The notes beneath the pieces are model-generated. The model ran no database searches, had not been told where the DNA came from, and was given only the letters and a program-made list of their open reading frames with translations. The position numbers were made by a program, and so were the translations under genes. This document shows, piece by piece, positions 21,647-30,922 of a stretch of 64,000 bases of DNA. Positions within the stretch are counted from its first letter, which is position 1, and each line of letters begins with the position of its first letter. Origin of the DNA: an uncultured Chloroflexia bacterium (GTDB lineage Bacteria > Chloroflexota > Limnocylindria > Limnocylindrales > CSP1-4); assembly GCA_963721765.1 (NCBI GenBank), contig CAVRJP010000001.1, positions 1,445,145 to 1,509,144 of the forward strand, in the 5' to 3' direction.

Positions 21647-24037
21647 CTAGCCCAGCTCGACGACGGTCACGCCGTCGCCACCCTCGCCGCGGTCGCCGGG
21701 ACGCACGGCACGGACGAGCGGATGCGCCGCCGAGTCTCCACGAACGGCGTCGCGCAACGCCCCCGTTCCGAGGCCATGGATCACCGTGACCCGAGCCAGG
21801 CCGGCGACCGACGCGTCGTCCAGGTAACGCGACAGCGCCGACAGCGCCTCCTCGACGCGGGCGCCGCGCAGGTCGAGTGACATCGGGACCGAGGTCGCCC
21901 GGCCGAGCCGGAGCGCGGCGACGTTGGTCGCCGGGCCGTCATCCGGCCCGGTTGAGGCGCGGCCCGGGGCTGAGGCGCCCGCCGCCACGGGCTCCAGGTC
22001 CGCGACCTCCACGCTGACGCGCAGGGCGCCCGCCTCGATCGTGGCGCGGCGATGAGACTTGTCGAGCGAGGCGATGCGGCCGGTCCAGCCGCCTGAGCGG
22101 CTCCGCGCTTCGTCGCCGACGCGCCACGCCGGCATAGACGCGGCCGCTGTGGCGCTCTCTCCGCGGCGGCTCCCGGCCGGGGCGGGCCGGGCAGCGGGGA
22201 CCGGCACGCGAGCGAGACGGTCCTCGGCCCGCTCGAGGACCGTGTCGATGGCCGGCGCGGTGAGCTGCCCTCGCTCGAGCGACCGGCGCGCCTGCTCCAG
22301 CTCGGCCCGAAGCTCGGCCACGAGGCGCTCGGCCTCGTCCCGCGCGATCCGCTCCGTGTCCGCCCGGGATTGCTGCGCGCGACGGCGCTCCTCGGCGGCC
22401 GCGCGAAGGGCCTCGCCCGCGCGCAGCTCGGCCTCGCGGGCGCGAGCCTTCGATTCGGTCGTCTCGCCCTCTGCCTCGCGGATGCGGGCGAGCGTCGCCT
22501 CGAAGGCGAGCTCCGACTCCGAGAGCCGCGATCGCGCGTCGGCGACCAGCGCCGCCGGCAGCCCGAGGCGCTCCGCGATCGCGAACGCCTGCGAGCCACC
22601 CGGGAGCCCGATCGTCAGGTGGTAGGTCGGGCTCAGCGTCTCAAGGTCGAACTCGACCGACGCGTTCATCGACCCCGGCGTCGTGTGCGCGTAGGCCTTC
22701 AGCTCGGCGTAGTGGGTCGTGGCGGCGACGAGCGCGCCGGCCTTGATGAAGTGGTCGAGCAGGGCCTGGGCGAGGGCCGATCCTTCGGTGGGGTCCGTGC
22801 CTGCGCCGAGCTCGTCGAGCAGGACGAGCGTGCCCGGGCCCGCTGCATCCACGATCCGGATGATCGAGCGCATGTGGCCGGAGAACGTCGACAGCGACTG
22901 GGCGATCGACTGCTCGTCGCCGATGTCCGCAAAGACGTCGCGGAACACCGGCAGTCGCGAGCCGGGCGCGGCCGGGATGTGCAGACCAGCCTGGTGCATC
23001 AGCGCGAGGAGCCCGAGCGTCCGCAGCGTCACGGTCTTGCCGCCCGTGTTCGGGCCGGTCACGACGAGGGCTGTGAAGCCGTCGCCGAGCCGGACGTCGA
23101 TCGGCACGACGCGCCCGGTCAGGCCCGGATGCCGCGCGGAGTACAGCGCGACCTCGGGGCGGGACGCGGTCTCGGCGCGGGCGGCGCCCATCTCGCCCGA
23201 AAGCTGGGCCTTGGCAGCCCAGAAGTCGAACCGCGCCAGCGAGCCGAGCGTCTCACGGAGCGGGCCGACGTTCGCGCCGACGAGCGCCGACAGCTCGTCG
23301 AGGATCCGCTCGATCTCCTCCTGCTCGGCGAGCTGCGCCTCGCGCCACGCGTTGCCGAGCTCCACGACGACGAGCGGCTCGATGAACAGCGTCTGGCCGC
23401 TGCCCGAAGAGTCGTGGACGATGCCCTTGACCCTGCTCTTCGCGTCGGCGCGGACGGGCACGACGTAGCGCCCGTTGCGGAGCGTGATGATCGGCTCCTG
23501 GAGGGCGTTGCCGAGCTCGGAGGCAACGAGCGAATCGAGGCGACGCTTCAGGCGGTCGAACGCGATCCGCACGGCGGCGCGAAGGCCGCCGAGGCGCGGC
23601 GAGGCGGTATCGAGCAGCTCGCCGGCCGGGTCGAACGAGCGCGCCAGCGTCGAGGTGATCGCCGGGAGCGGGTGGAGCAGCAGGCCCAGGTCCCGCAGGA
23701 GCGGGCGGCGCGCGTCGGCGAGGTCCGGCTTCAGCGCGGCGGTGGCGTCGAGCGTCGCCCAGACGTCGAGGAACTGCGCCGGATCGAGTCGGCCACCGCG
23801 CGCGGCCCGCTCGATCGCGGGGCCGATGTCGCGCGCGCCCGCTATCCCGGTGCCGGGCCGCTCTTCGAACAGGGCTCGGGCCTCGTCGGTCTCGTCGAGC
23901 CCGCGCGTCACGAGCACCGGATCGGATTCGGGGACGAGGGCCTCGGCGAGGCGGCGGCTCGGGCCGAACGAGGTCCGCTCGGCCAGCCGAGCGCGGACGA
24001 GCGGGAACTCCAGGATCTCGATCGAGCGCGGGTCCAT
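21647..24037 (-). CDS. mutS2: endonuclease MutS2 with Smr domain
   Basis: TGPNTGGKT, DIGDEQSIAQSLSTFSGH, DELGAGTDP, LDLRG..IHGLGTGALR. Confidence 0.95.
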   Translation of the reverse strand: MDPRSIEILEFPLVRARLAERTSFGPSRRLAEALVPESDPVLVTRGLDETDEARALFEERPGTGIAGARDIGPAIERAARGGRLDPAQFLDVWATLDATAALKPDLADARRPLLRDLGLLLHPLPAITSTLARSFDPAGELLDTASPRLGGLRAAVRIAFDRLKRRLDSLVASELGNALQEPIITLRNGRYVVPVRADAKSRVKGIVHDSSGSGQTLFIEPLVVVELGNAWREAQLAEQEEIERILDELSALVGANVGPLRETLGSLARFDFWAAKAQLSGEMGAARAETASRPEVALYSARHPGLTGRVVPIDVRLGDGFTALVVTGPNTGGKTVTLRTLGLLALMHQAGLHIPAAPGSRLPVFRDVFADIGDEQSIAQSLSTFSGHMRSIIRIVDAAGPGTLVLLDELGAGTDPTEGSALAQALLDHFIKAGALVAATTHYAELKAYAHTTPGSMNASVEFDLETLSPTYHLTIGLPGGSQAFAIAERLGLPAALVADARSRLSESELAFEATLARIREAEGETTESKARAREAELRAGEALRAAAEERRRAQQSRADTERIARDEAERLVAELRAELEQARRSLERGQLTAPAIDTVLERAEDRLARVPVPAARPAPAGSRRGESATAAASMPAWRVGDEARSRSGGWTGRIASLDKSHRRATIEAGALRVSVEVADLEPVAAGASAPGRASTGPDDGPATNVAALRLGRATSVPMSLDLRGARVEEALSALSRYLDDASVAGLARVTVIHGLGTGALRDAVRGDSAAHPLVRAVRPGDRGEGGDGVTVVELG

Positions 24038-24095
24038 CGCGGTGGTCGTCGTCGGTGTCGTCGGTTTCGTTGGAGTCGTCGGCGTCGCTGACGGA

Positions 24096-24764
24096 TCAGC
24101 CGGACACGGCAGCGCTGGCAGCATCGACGAACCGCCACGGAAGGCTCCGCCATGGCTCGGCGGCGTAGCCGATACCAATGCGCGCCGTGGCGACGACCTC
24201 GGCAGGCGCCGAACCTCGTTCCAGGCGGAGCGAGCCACGGGGATCGAGCAGGTCCGTCCCGGTATCGGTCCGGGTGATGTCGAACGCCGCCGCCAGCAAC
24301 CCAGGACCCGAGGCGAGCCTCGCCGTCGGGATCGCCGCAACGCGCGCGGCTGCACGCTCGCGTGCCTCCGGCGTGTGGGCCCGCCGCCACGCGTGGGTCA
24401 GGCGCGCCTCGCGCATGGCGGCCGCGCCCGCCACGGGCTCGACCGCCCGGATCAGGACCGCCGCGGGCGCGCCGTCAGGCTCGGTGACCACGTTGAGGCA
24501 TTCGTACATCCCGTAGACAAGGTACACGTAGGCAATCCCCGGGCTCCCGAACATGACCCCGTTGCGCGCGGTGCGCCCAAAGCGAGCGTGGGACGCCCGG
24601 TCGACGACCCCGATGTACGCCTCGACCTCGACGATCCGCCCGACCCGTGCTTCCGGCTGGATCCCCGCGACCTCGCGCACGAGTTGCGCCCCGATCAGGG
24701 CGCGCGCCGCATCGAGCGTCGGCCGGGCGAGGAGCTCGCGCGGGAGCGAGCTCCGGCTGTTCAG
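24096..24764 (-). CDS. mpg: 3-methyladenine DNA glycosylase (MPG family)
   Basis: ARALIG, GRIVEVEAY, AYVYLVYGMYECLN, VLIRA, SGPG, RIGI; start uncertain. Confidence 0.92.
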   Translation of the reverse strand: MNSRSSLPRELLARPTLDAARALIGAQLVREVAGIQPEARVGRIVEVEAYIGVVDRASHARFGRTARNGVMFGSPGIAYVYLVYGMYECLNVVTEPDGAPAAVLIRAVEPVAGAAAMREARLTHAWRRAHTPEARERAAARVAAIPTARLASGPGLLAAAFDITRTDTGTDLLDPRGSLRLERGSAPAEVVATARIGIGYAAEPWRSLPWRFVDAASAAVSG

Positions 24765-24771
24765 GGCGCGA

Positions 24772-25371
24772 TCAGATCCGGGCGACGAGCCAGCCGACCC
24801 GGATCGCGAACGCGTCGCGCACCTCCTGCGGGAACAGGATGCCCGCGACGCCGAGGATGAGCGGGATCACGTTGTCGCGCAGGATCGCGGCGGTGAGCGT
24901 CGGATCGAGGAACCCGTGGAGCGTCCGCAGCAGCGTGAACTCGCCGTTGGTCACCGCCTCGCGAACATCCGGCTGCGTGTAGTACGGATCGAGGATCAGG
25001 AGCACCGCGATCACGATCACGAAGCCCTCGATCACGCCGAGGATCCCGCCGACGATCTCGTCGAGCACCGGGTACCGGGTGAACAACGGCGCAGGCCGGT
25101 AGGTGATCTGGATGCCGATGCTGAGCGTTACGGCGGCGGCGATGAAGATCGCGCCGAACGCGACCATGTAGCTGTACGACGAGTCGATGCCCGCCCACTG
25201 CTGGGCCAGGTAGTCCCCGAGCGGCTGGCGCAGCTGGGCGCCGAGGATGATCGAGAACACGATCGCCGCGATCCCGAGCAGGCGCCGAATCACGCCCTGC
25301 GCGTAGCCGACGATGAACATCGCGAGCAACGACAGGAAGATGACCAGATCGAACGGTTGCAGCTGGTCCAT
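24772..25371 (-). CDS. cvpA: CvpA family membrane protein
   Basis: D...GYAQGVIR, LDEIVGGILGVIEG; position between pheT and mutS2. Confidence 0.75.
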   Translation of the reverse strand: MDQLQPFDLVIFLSLLAMFIVGYAQGVIRRLLGIAAIVFSIILGAQLRQPLGDYLAQQWAGIDSSYSYMVAFGAIFIAAAVTLSIGIQITYRPAPLFTRYPVLDEIVGGILGVIEGFVIVIAVLLILDPYYTQPDVREAVTNGEFTLLRTLHGFLDPTLTAAILRDNVIPLILGVAGILFPQEVRDAFAIRVGWLVARI

Positions 25372-25422
25372 CGCTTCGGCTTCCCTCCCCGGTGGTCGTC
25401 GACGGCCCGCAATGTAGCAGGC

Positions 25423-27947
25423 TCAGGAGCGGATTCGCCCTCCCAGGCGGTGCTCCAACGCCCCGGTGATTGCGCCGATCGCTGCCTCGACCTCCGCGTC
25501 ACCCGGTACTCGATCCGGGGCTGCGAACAGCATCCGGAAGGTCAGGCTGCGCATGTCCGGTGGCAGCGGATGCCCGCGATACGTCCCGACGAGGGCCGCC
25601 GACTCGAGCAACGAGCCACCTGAATCCAGCACGGCGCGGGTCGCGTCGCCTGCCGTGACAGCGTCCGGGACGTCGACGGTGACGTCGCGCTCGATCGGCT
25701 GGGCGTGCGGCAGCGGCTCGGACTCGACGATCCGGAGCTGCCCGCCCGACAGCGCGGCGATGGACACCTCGGCTACGACGACCCGCCGCGTGCGCAGGTC
25801 CCACGCCTCGACGAGCCGGGGATGCAGCTCGCCGACCACGCCCGCGATCGCGAGCGAGCCGTCAGCGGCATCGGCGCTGATTGTGGCGCTCCGGCCGGGA
25901 TGCAGGATCGGCTCCGTCGGCGAGCGGGGCGTAGACGGGCTTGCCGGCTCCGATCACCCGAGCGACGAGCTCGATGGCGCCCTTGGCATCATCGATGTCC
26001 GCCTCTCGGCGGGGACGGTTCCAGCCCGGCTCGTCAAACGAGCCAGCGAGCGCGAGCCCGAGCCGCCACCACTCGGTCGGCTTGTCCCCCACCCGCCCGT
26101 AGCCCTTGCCGACCTCGAACGCGGCGACGTCGGCCTGGCCACGCCTGGCATTGCTGGCGACGACCTCGACCAGGCTGCCCACGATCGACTGGCGCAGGAG
26201 CTGGTGGTCCAACGAGAGCGGGTTGGTCACCGTGATCGCCGTGCCCTCGCGGCGCGCCTCCCCCGCGGCGGGTTGGTCGTCGAAGGTCCACCTGAATGCC
26301 TCGAGCTGGCGCGACGAGACCAGGGCATAGGTCACGGCCTCGGTGATTCCTGCGCCCACGAGCGCTTCGCGGACGGCATCCCGCAGCACGAGCGGCGACT
26401 CCCGCCAGGGCGGCATCGGCGTGCTCGGGCGTCGCGGCGGCACCTCCTCGTAGCCGTGGATCCGCGCCACTTCCTCCGCGATGTCCGCCTCGATCTCGAT
26501 GTCGCGGCGCCAGGTCGGCACGGTGGCGAGAATCGCCACTCCCGCGTCCGCGGCGACCGATTCGGCCTCGAGGCCGGCCGAGCCCGACGTGATCGCGACA
26601 TCGATCGCGCCCGCCGCAGCCTCGGTCTCGATCCCGACCCGGGCCAGCACGGCGCGCTGGCCGTCAGCACCGAGCTTGGTTCCGAGGAGTCGATCCACCC
26701 GCGCCGGCCGGAACGCGACCCGCCGCGGTGTCGGCTCGTCCGGCGCCGTGTCGACGCGACCGGTCGCCACGTCACCGCCTGCCCACCCGCGAATGAGCCG
26801 AGCCGCGCGGTCCGCGCCGAGGCGTGCGAGCCGGAACTCGTGGCCCTTCTCGAACCGCAGGCTCGCCTCCGACCGCAGGGCGTACCGGAACGCGGTCCGA
26901 CGAACGCTCACGGGATCGAAGATCGCCGATTCGACGATGACGTCGCGGGTCGAATCGGACACCTCGGACGCGGCGCCGCCCATGACCCCGGCGATCGCCA
27001 GCGGGCCGCTCGAGTCGGCGATGAGCAGCGTCTCCGGATCGAGCGCCCGATCGACGTGGTCGAGCGTCGCGAGCCGCTCCCCGGCCGCGGCGAGGCGCAC
27101 GAGCAGGCTCGCCCGGCCGCTCCCGTCCCGCGCCACGGCTGCCGCATCGAACGTGTGGATCGGCTTGCCGAGCTCGACCATCACGTAGTTCGAGGCGTCG
27201 ACGACGTTGCTGATCGGGCGGATGCCGGCGGCCATGAGCCGCATCTGGACGGCGTCGGGCGACGGTCCGACCGTCACGCCCTCGATCCAGCGACCCACGA
27301 AGCGCGTGCACAGGCGCGCGTCCGTCGACCCTGACCGTGAGTCGATCCTCGACGCTCGTGGCCGATTCCTCGACCTCGGTCTCGGGGACGCGGATCGGGT
27401 TGCCCGTGATCGCCGCCACCTCGCGCGCGATGCCGACCATCGAGAGCGCGTCGCCGCGATTTGGCTTGACGTCGATGTCGAGGACGACATCGCCGTAGAG
27501 GTCGGCGAGCCTCGCGCCGAGCGGCGTCTCGGGAGCGAGGATCAGGATTCCGTCGGCGTCGGTCGTGAGCGCCAGCTCGTCGCCCGAGCAGAGCATGCCG
27601 TTCGAGACGACGCCCATCTTCTCGGTGCGCTCGATCCGCCGGCCGCCCGGCAGCACCGCGCCCGGCAGCGCCACCGGCACGCGCTGCCCGACCGCGATGT
27701 TCGTCGCGCCGCACACGATCTCGAGCGGCTCCCCCACCCCAGTGGTCACCCGCGTCAGGGAGAGGCGATCCGCGCGCGGGTGCTTCTCGACGGCGAGGAG
27801 CTCGCCGACGACGACGTTCTCCCAGTCGGTCCCCCGCCGCTCGATGCCCTTGACCTCCATCCCGAGCAGCGTCAGCCGCTCCGCGAGCCGCTCCGGCTCG
27901 AGGTCGAACTCGACCAGCTCGCGCAGCCACGACAGCGGCACCCTCAT
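25423..27947 (-). CDS. pheT: phenylalanine--tRNA ligase beta subunit, frameshifted
   Basis: MRVPLSWLRE, HPRADRL, IVCGATN, PNRGDALS, ISNVVDASNYVM, PTWRRDI..EEVARIHGY, C-terminal RSLTFR; at least three frames. Confidence 0.93.
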
Positions 27948-28207
27948 CGCATGCGCCCCGCTGTGGCTCCGCGGCGATCATGCGCGTTCGCCTTGTCCCA
28001 ACTGCTCGCCGGGCGAGCAGAACCGAGATCGGAACCCCTCGCGACCTCCTCAGCTGACTCCAGGATCTCCAAGCTGCTCGCGGAGCGAGCAGAACGAGGC
28101 CTGAGGGAGCGTTTGGTCGGCTTGCGCGTCCTGTCGTTCGCTGATCTGCTCGCCGGGCGAGCAGCCCTACTGTGGGACCGCGACGGTCCGAGCGGGGGCA
28201 CCCTCAT
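27944..28207 (-). other. 87-codon ORF spanning the repeat insertion between pheS and pheT
   Basis: starts at ATGA overlap with pheS stop, ends at ATGA overlap with pheT start; begins MRVP like PheT. Confidence 0.45.
28002..28164. repeat. mini-array of three 19-bp palindromes, 72-bp period
   Basis: copies at 28002, 28074, 28146; flanked by 13-bp direct repeat ggcaccctcatcg at 27937-27949 and 28197-28209. Confidence 0.85.
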
Positions 28208-29268
28208 CGGAACTGGCCCAGGAAGCGGAGGTCGTTCTCGAGGAAGAGGCGCAGGTCGTTGATCTTGTGGCGGAGCATGGAGATGCGCTCGGGGCCCATC
28301 CCGAAGGCGAAGCCCTGGTAGCGCTCGGGGTCCAGGCCGCCGTGGCGCAGGACCACGGGGTGGACCATGCCCGCGCCGAGGATCGTCATCCAGCCACTCC
28401 GCCCGCACGCCGGGCAGCCGACGCCGCCGCACACGAGGCACTCCACGTCGAACGCGACCGACGGCTCGGTGAACGGGTAGTAGCCGGGCCGGAACCGCGT
28501 TCGCTTGCCGGCTCCGAACATGGCGTGGGCGAACTCGTCGAGCAGGCCCCGGAGATCGCCCAGGGTCGTGCCCTCGTCGACCATCAGCCCCTCGACCTGG
28601 AAGAACTCCGAGCCGTGCGATGCGTCGATCGCCTCGTACCGGAAGCACCGCCCGGGCAGGAGCGCGCGGATCGGCGGCTTGACCGTGCGCATCACGTGGA
28701 TCTGGCCCGGCGACGTGTGGGTGCGCAGCAGGTAGCCCGGGACGTCCACATAGAGCGTGTCCCATAGGTCGCGGGCCGGGTGGTCCGGCGGGATGTTCAG
28801 CATCTGGAAGTTGGTGAGGTCGTCCTCGATCTCGGGGCTCTCGTACACCTGGAAACCGAACTGGCCGAAGATCCGGGCGATCTCGGCCATCGACTCGATG
28901 CTCGGGTGGAGCGCGCCGCGGCGGATCGGGCGACCGGGCGTGGTGACGTCGATCGTCTCCGCTCGCAGGCGCGCCTCGAGCTCCGCCGATCCCAGGACGG
29001 TCCGCCGCGCCGCGATGGCACCTTCGATCTGCCCCCGCACCCGGTTGGCGACCGCGCCGACCTTCGGGCGGTCCTCTGCGGGGAGCCCGCCGATGCCACG
29101 CAGGACCCCGGTGAGCCGGCCCTTCTTGCCGAGGACGTCGAGCTCGATGGCATCCACGGCGGCGACGTCAGCCGCGCCGGCGAGCGCCGCCTCGGCCTCC
29201 GAGGCGAGCGTCTCGAGATCGTGCGTCAGCTGGGCGAGGTCCACGGGCTCCTTCTCGGTTCGGCGCAT
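28204..29268 (-). CDS. pheS: phenylalanine--tRNA ligase alpha subunit
   Basis: LGKKG, HPARDLWDT, LRTHTSPGQ, FFQVEG, YPFTEPS, GAGMVHP, GFAFGMG. Confidence 0.97.
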   Translation of the reverse strand: MRRTEKEPVDLAQLTHDLETLASEAEAALAGAADVAAVDAIELDVLGKKGRLTGVLRGIGGLPAEDRPKVGAVANRVRGQIEGAIAARRTVLGSAELEARLRAETIDVTTPGRPIRRGALHPSIESMAEIARIFGQFGFQVYESPEIEDDLTNFQMLNIPPDHPARDLWDTLYVDVPGYLLRTHTSPGQIHVMRTVKPPIRALLPGRCFRYEAIDASHGSEFFQVEGLMVDEGTTLGDLRGLLDEFAHAMFGAGKRTRFRPGYYPFTEPSVAFDVECLVCGGVGCPACGRSGWMTILGAGMVHPVVLRHGGLDPERYQGFAFGMGPERISMLRHKINDLRLFLENDLRFLGQFR

Positions 29269-29351
29269 CGATGGTACGGGCTGGAATGGGCTCGAAAATG
29301 ATCGAGCCCCCGATCAGTCGATCGAGGGCTCGTCGGGCGGTGGGGTTGCCG

Positions 29352-29702
29352 TCAGCTCCCCTTCGCCGCCTCGACGATCTTCGTAAACGTGCCGGCGTCG
29401 CGCACCGCGAGGTCGGCGAGGATCTTGCGGTCGAGCGCGATGTCGGCCTTCTTGAGGCCCTGGATGAACCGGCCGTACGTCAGGCCCTGTGCGCGGACCG
29501 CCGCGTTGATGCGGACGATCCACAGGCCGCGGAAGTCGCGCTTGCGCTGCTTCCGGTCCCGGGTCGCGTAGGCGAGGGCGTGGAGGAGTGCCTCGCGCGC
29601 CGGCTTGACCAGCCGCGAGCGGGTGCCCTTCCGACCCTCGGCGTCCTGGAGGAGGCGCTTGTGCCGCGCGTGCGCGGTGACGCCTCGCTTGACTCGTGCC
29701 AT
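29352..29702 (-). CDS. rplT: 50S ribosomal protein L20
   Basis: [38 protein letters not shown]. Confidence 0.97.
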   Translation of the reverse strand: MARVKRGVTAHARHKRLLQDAEGRKGTRSRLVKPAREALLHALAYATRDRKQRKRDFRGLWIVRINAAVRAQGLTYGRFIQGLKKADIALDRKILADLAVRDAGTFTKIVEAAKGS

Positions 29703-29721
29703 GTCGTGCTCGCTCCGGTTC

Positions 29722-29919
29722 CTAGAGGTACGGCAGCAGGCGCTTGACCTGCTTGGCGTGAACGGGGTTCATGGTCGAGTTCCCGGCGTAGCGGCGCGTG
29801 CGGCGAGACGACTTGATCTCGAGGTGATGGCCGCGCCAGGCGTTGACGCGGATGACCTTGCCGGAGCCGGTCACGCCGATCCGCTTCTGTGCCGCCTTGT
29901 GGCTCTTCATCTTCGGCAT
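29722..29919 (-). CDS. rpmI: 50S ribosomal protein L35
   Basis: [22 protein letters not shown]. Confidence 0.96.
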   Translation of the reverse strand: MPKMKSHKAAQKRIGVTGSGKVIRVNAWRGHHLEIKSSRRTRRYAGNSTMNPVHAKQVKRLLPYL

Positions 29920-29929
29920 CGTTGTCTCG

Positions 29930-30827
29930 TCAGTCTCCGCTCGTCGTGCTGGCCGTCTGCGGGATCTCCGCCCCGTTGGCCGGCGCTGCCGCGGCTGCCG
30001 CCGCCTTCGTTGCCGGTGCAGGCTTTGCTGCTGGCTCGGGCTTTGCCGCAGGCTCAGCCTTTGCCGCCGGTTCCGCCTTGGCCTCCGGTTCCGGTTTCGT
30101 CGCCGCCTCTGGCTTCTCTCCCGGTTCCGGCTTTGCCGCCGTGGCTGCCTTCGCTGCCGCGTCTGGCTTAGCCGCCGTCGCCGCCTTCGCCGCTGGTTCT
30201 GATTTCGCCGCTGGCTCGGGTTTCGCTGCAGGCTCTGGTTGCCCGGCTGCTTCCGGTTCTCCCTCTGCCTCGTCGTCGGCTCGCGGCGGTCGCGGGACCG
30301 CCTCGACGAACTTCGGCTTGTGGGTCGAGGCCAGGACGATGAACATCGACTTGCCCTCGAGGACCGGCTGCCGCTCGATGACCCCGTGCTCCTCCACCTG
30401 CTTCGAGAACCGCTCCAGGAGGACGCGACCCAGCTCGGGGTGGCTGAGCTCGCGGCCGCGGAAGCGGACCGTCACCTTGATTCGATCGCCGTCCTCGAGG
30501 AACTCCGTCGCCCGATGAACCTTCGTGAGGAAGTCGCCCGACGCCGATCTTCGGCGAGAGTCGAACCTCCTTGAAGGTCACCGAGCGCTGTCGGCGCTTG
30601 GCCTCTTTCTCGCGCTTCGTCAGCTCGTACTTGTACTGCCCGAAGTCGAGGAAGCGGGCCACCGGCGGAGCCGCCATCGGTGCGACCTCGACCAGGTCGA
30701 GGCCCCGCTCCTGCGCCATCTCGAGGGCTCGCGGCGTGGGCATGACGCCCAGCTGGTTCCCCTCGTCATCGATCACCCGAACCTGTGGGATCCGGATCAT
30801 CTCGTTCACGCGCAGGTCTCGGCTGAT
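29930..30827 (-). CDS. infC: translation initiation factor IF-3 with repetitive C-terminal tail, frameshifted near 30540
   Basis: VNEMIRIPQVRVI, GLDLVEVAP, KEVRL, VRFRGRE; probable ATC start at 30827 behind GAGGGGAG. Confidence 0.93.
29990..30260 (-). repeat. degenerate 18-bp coding tandem repeat (AAKPEP-like hexapeptides)
   Basis: PEPAAKPEPAAKSEPAAKAATAAKPDAAAK...AAKPEPAAKPAP. Confidence 0.85.
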
Positions 30828-30906
30828 GGTTGCTCCCCTCTCGAACGACGCTCTGGGTGCTCCCGGCGCAGGGTCGGCAAAGCCGCGCCGCTCCGGTCGC
30901 CGCGGG

Positions 30907-30915
30907 ATAGTAGCA
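30907..30915 (-). promoter_or_regulatory. extended -10 promoter of infC-rpmI-rplT
   Basis: TGc-TACTAT just after thrS stop. Confidence 0.55.
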
Positions 30916-30922
30916 CAGGGGC

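Noticed and set aside
17055-28164. Palindrome mini-arrays as CRISPR arrays
   Set aside because: Repeat is only 19 bp, with 3-4 copies, no AT-rich leader and no cas genes in the window; reported as an unclassified repeat.
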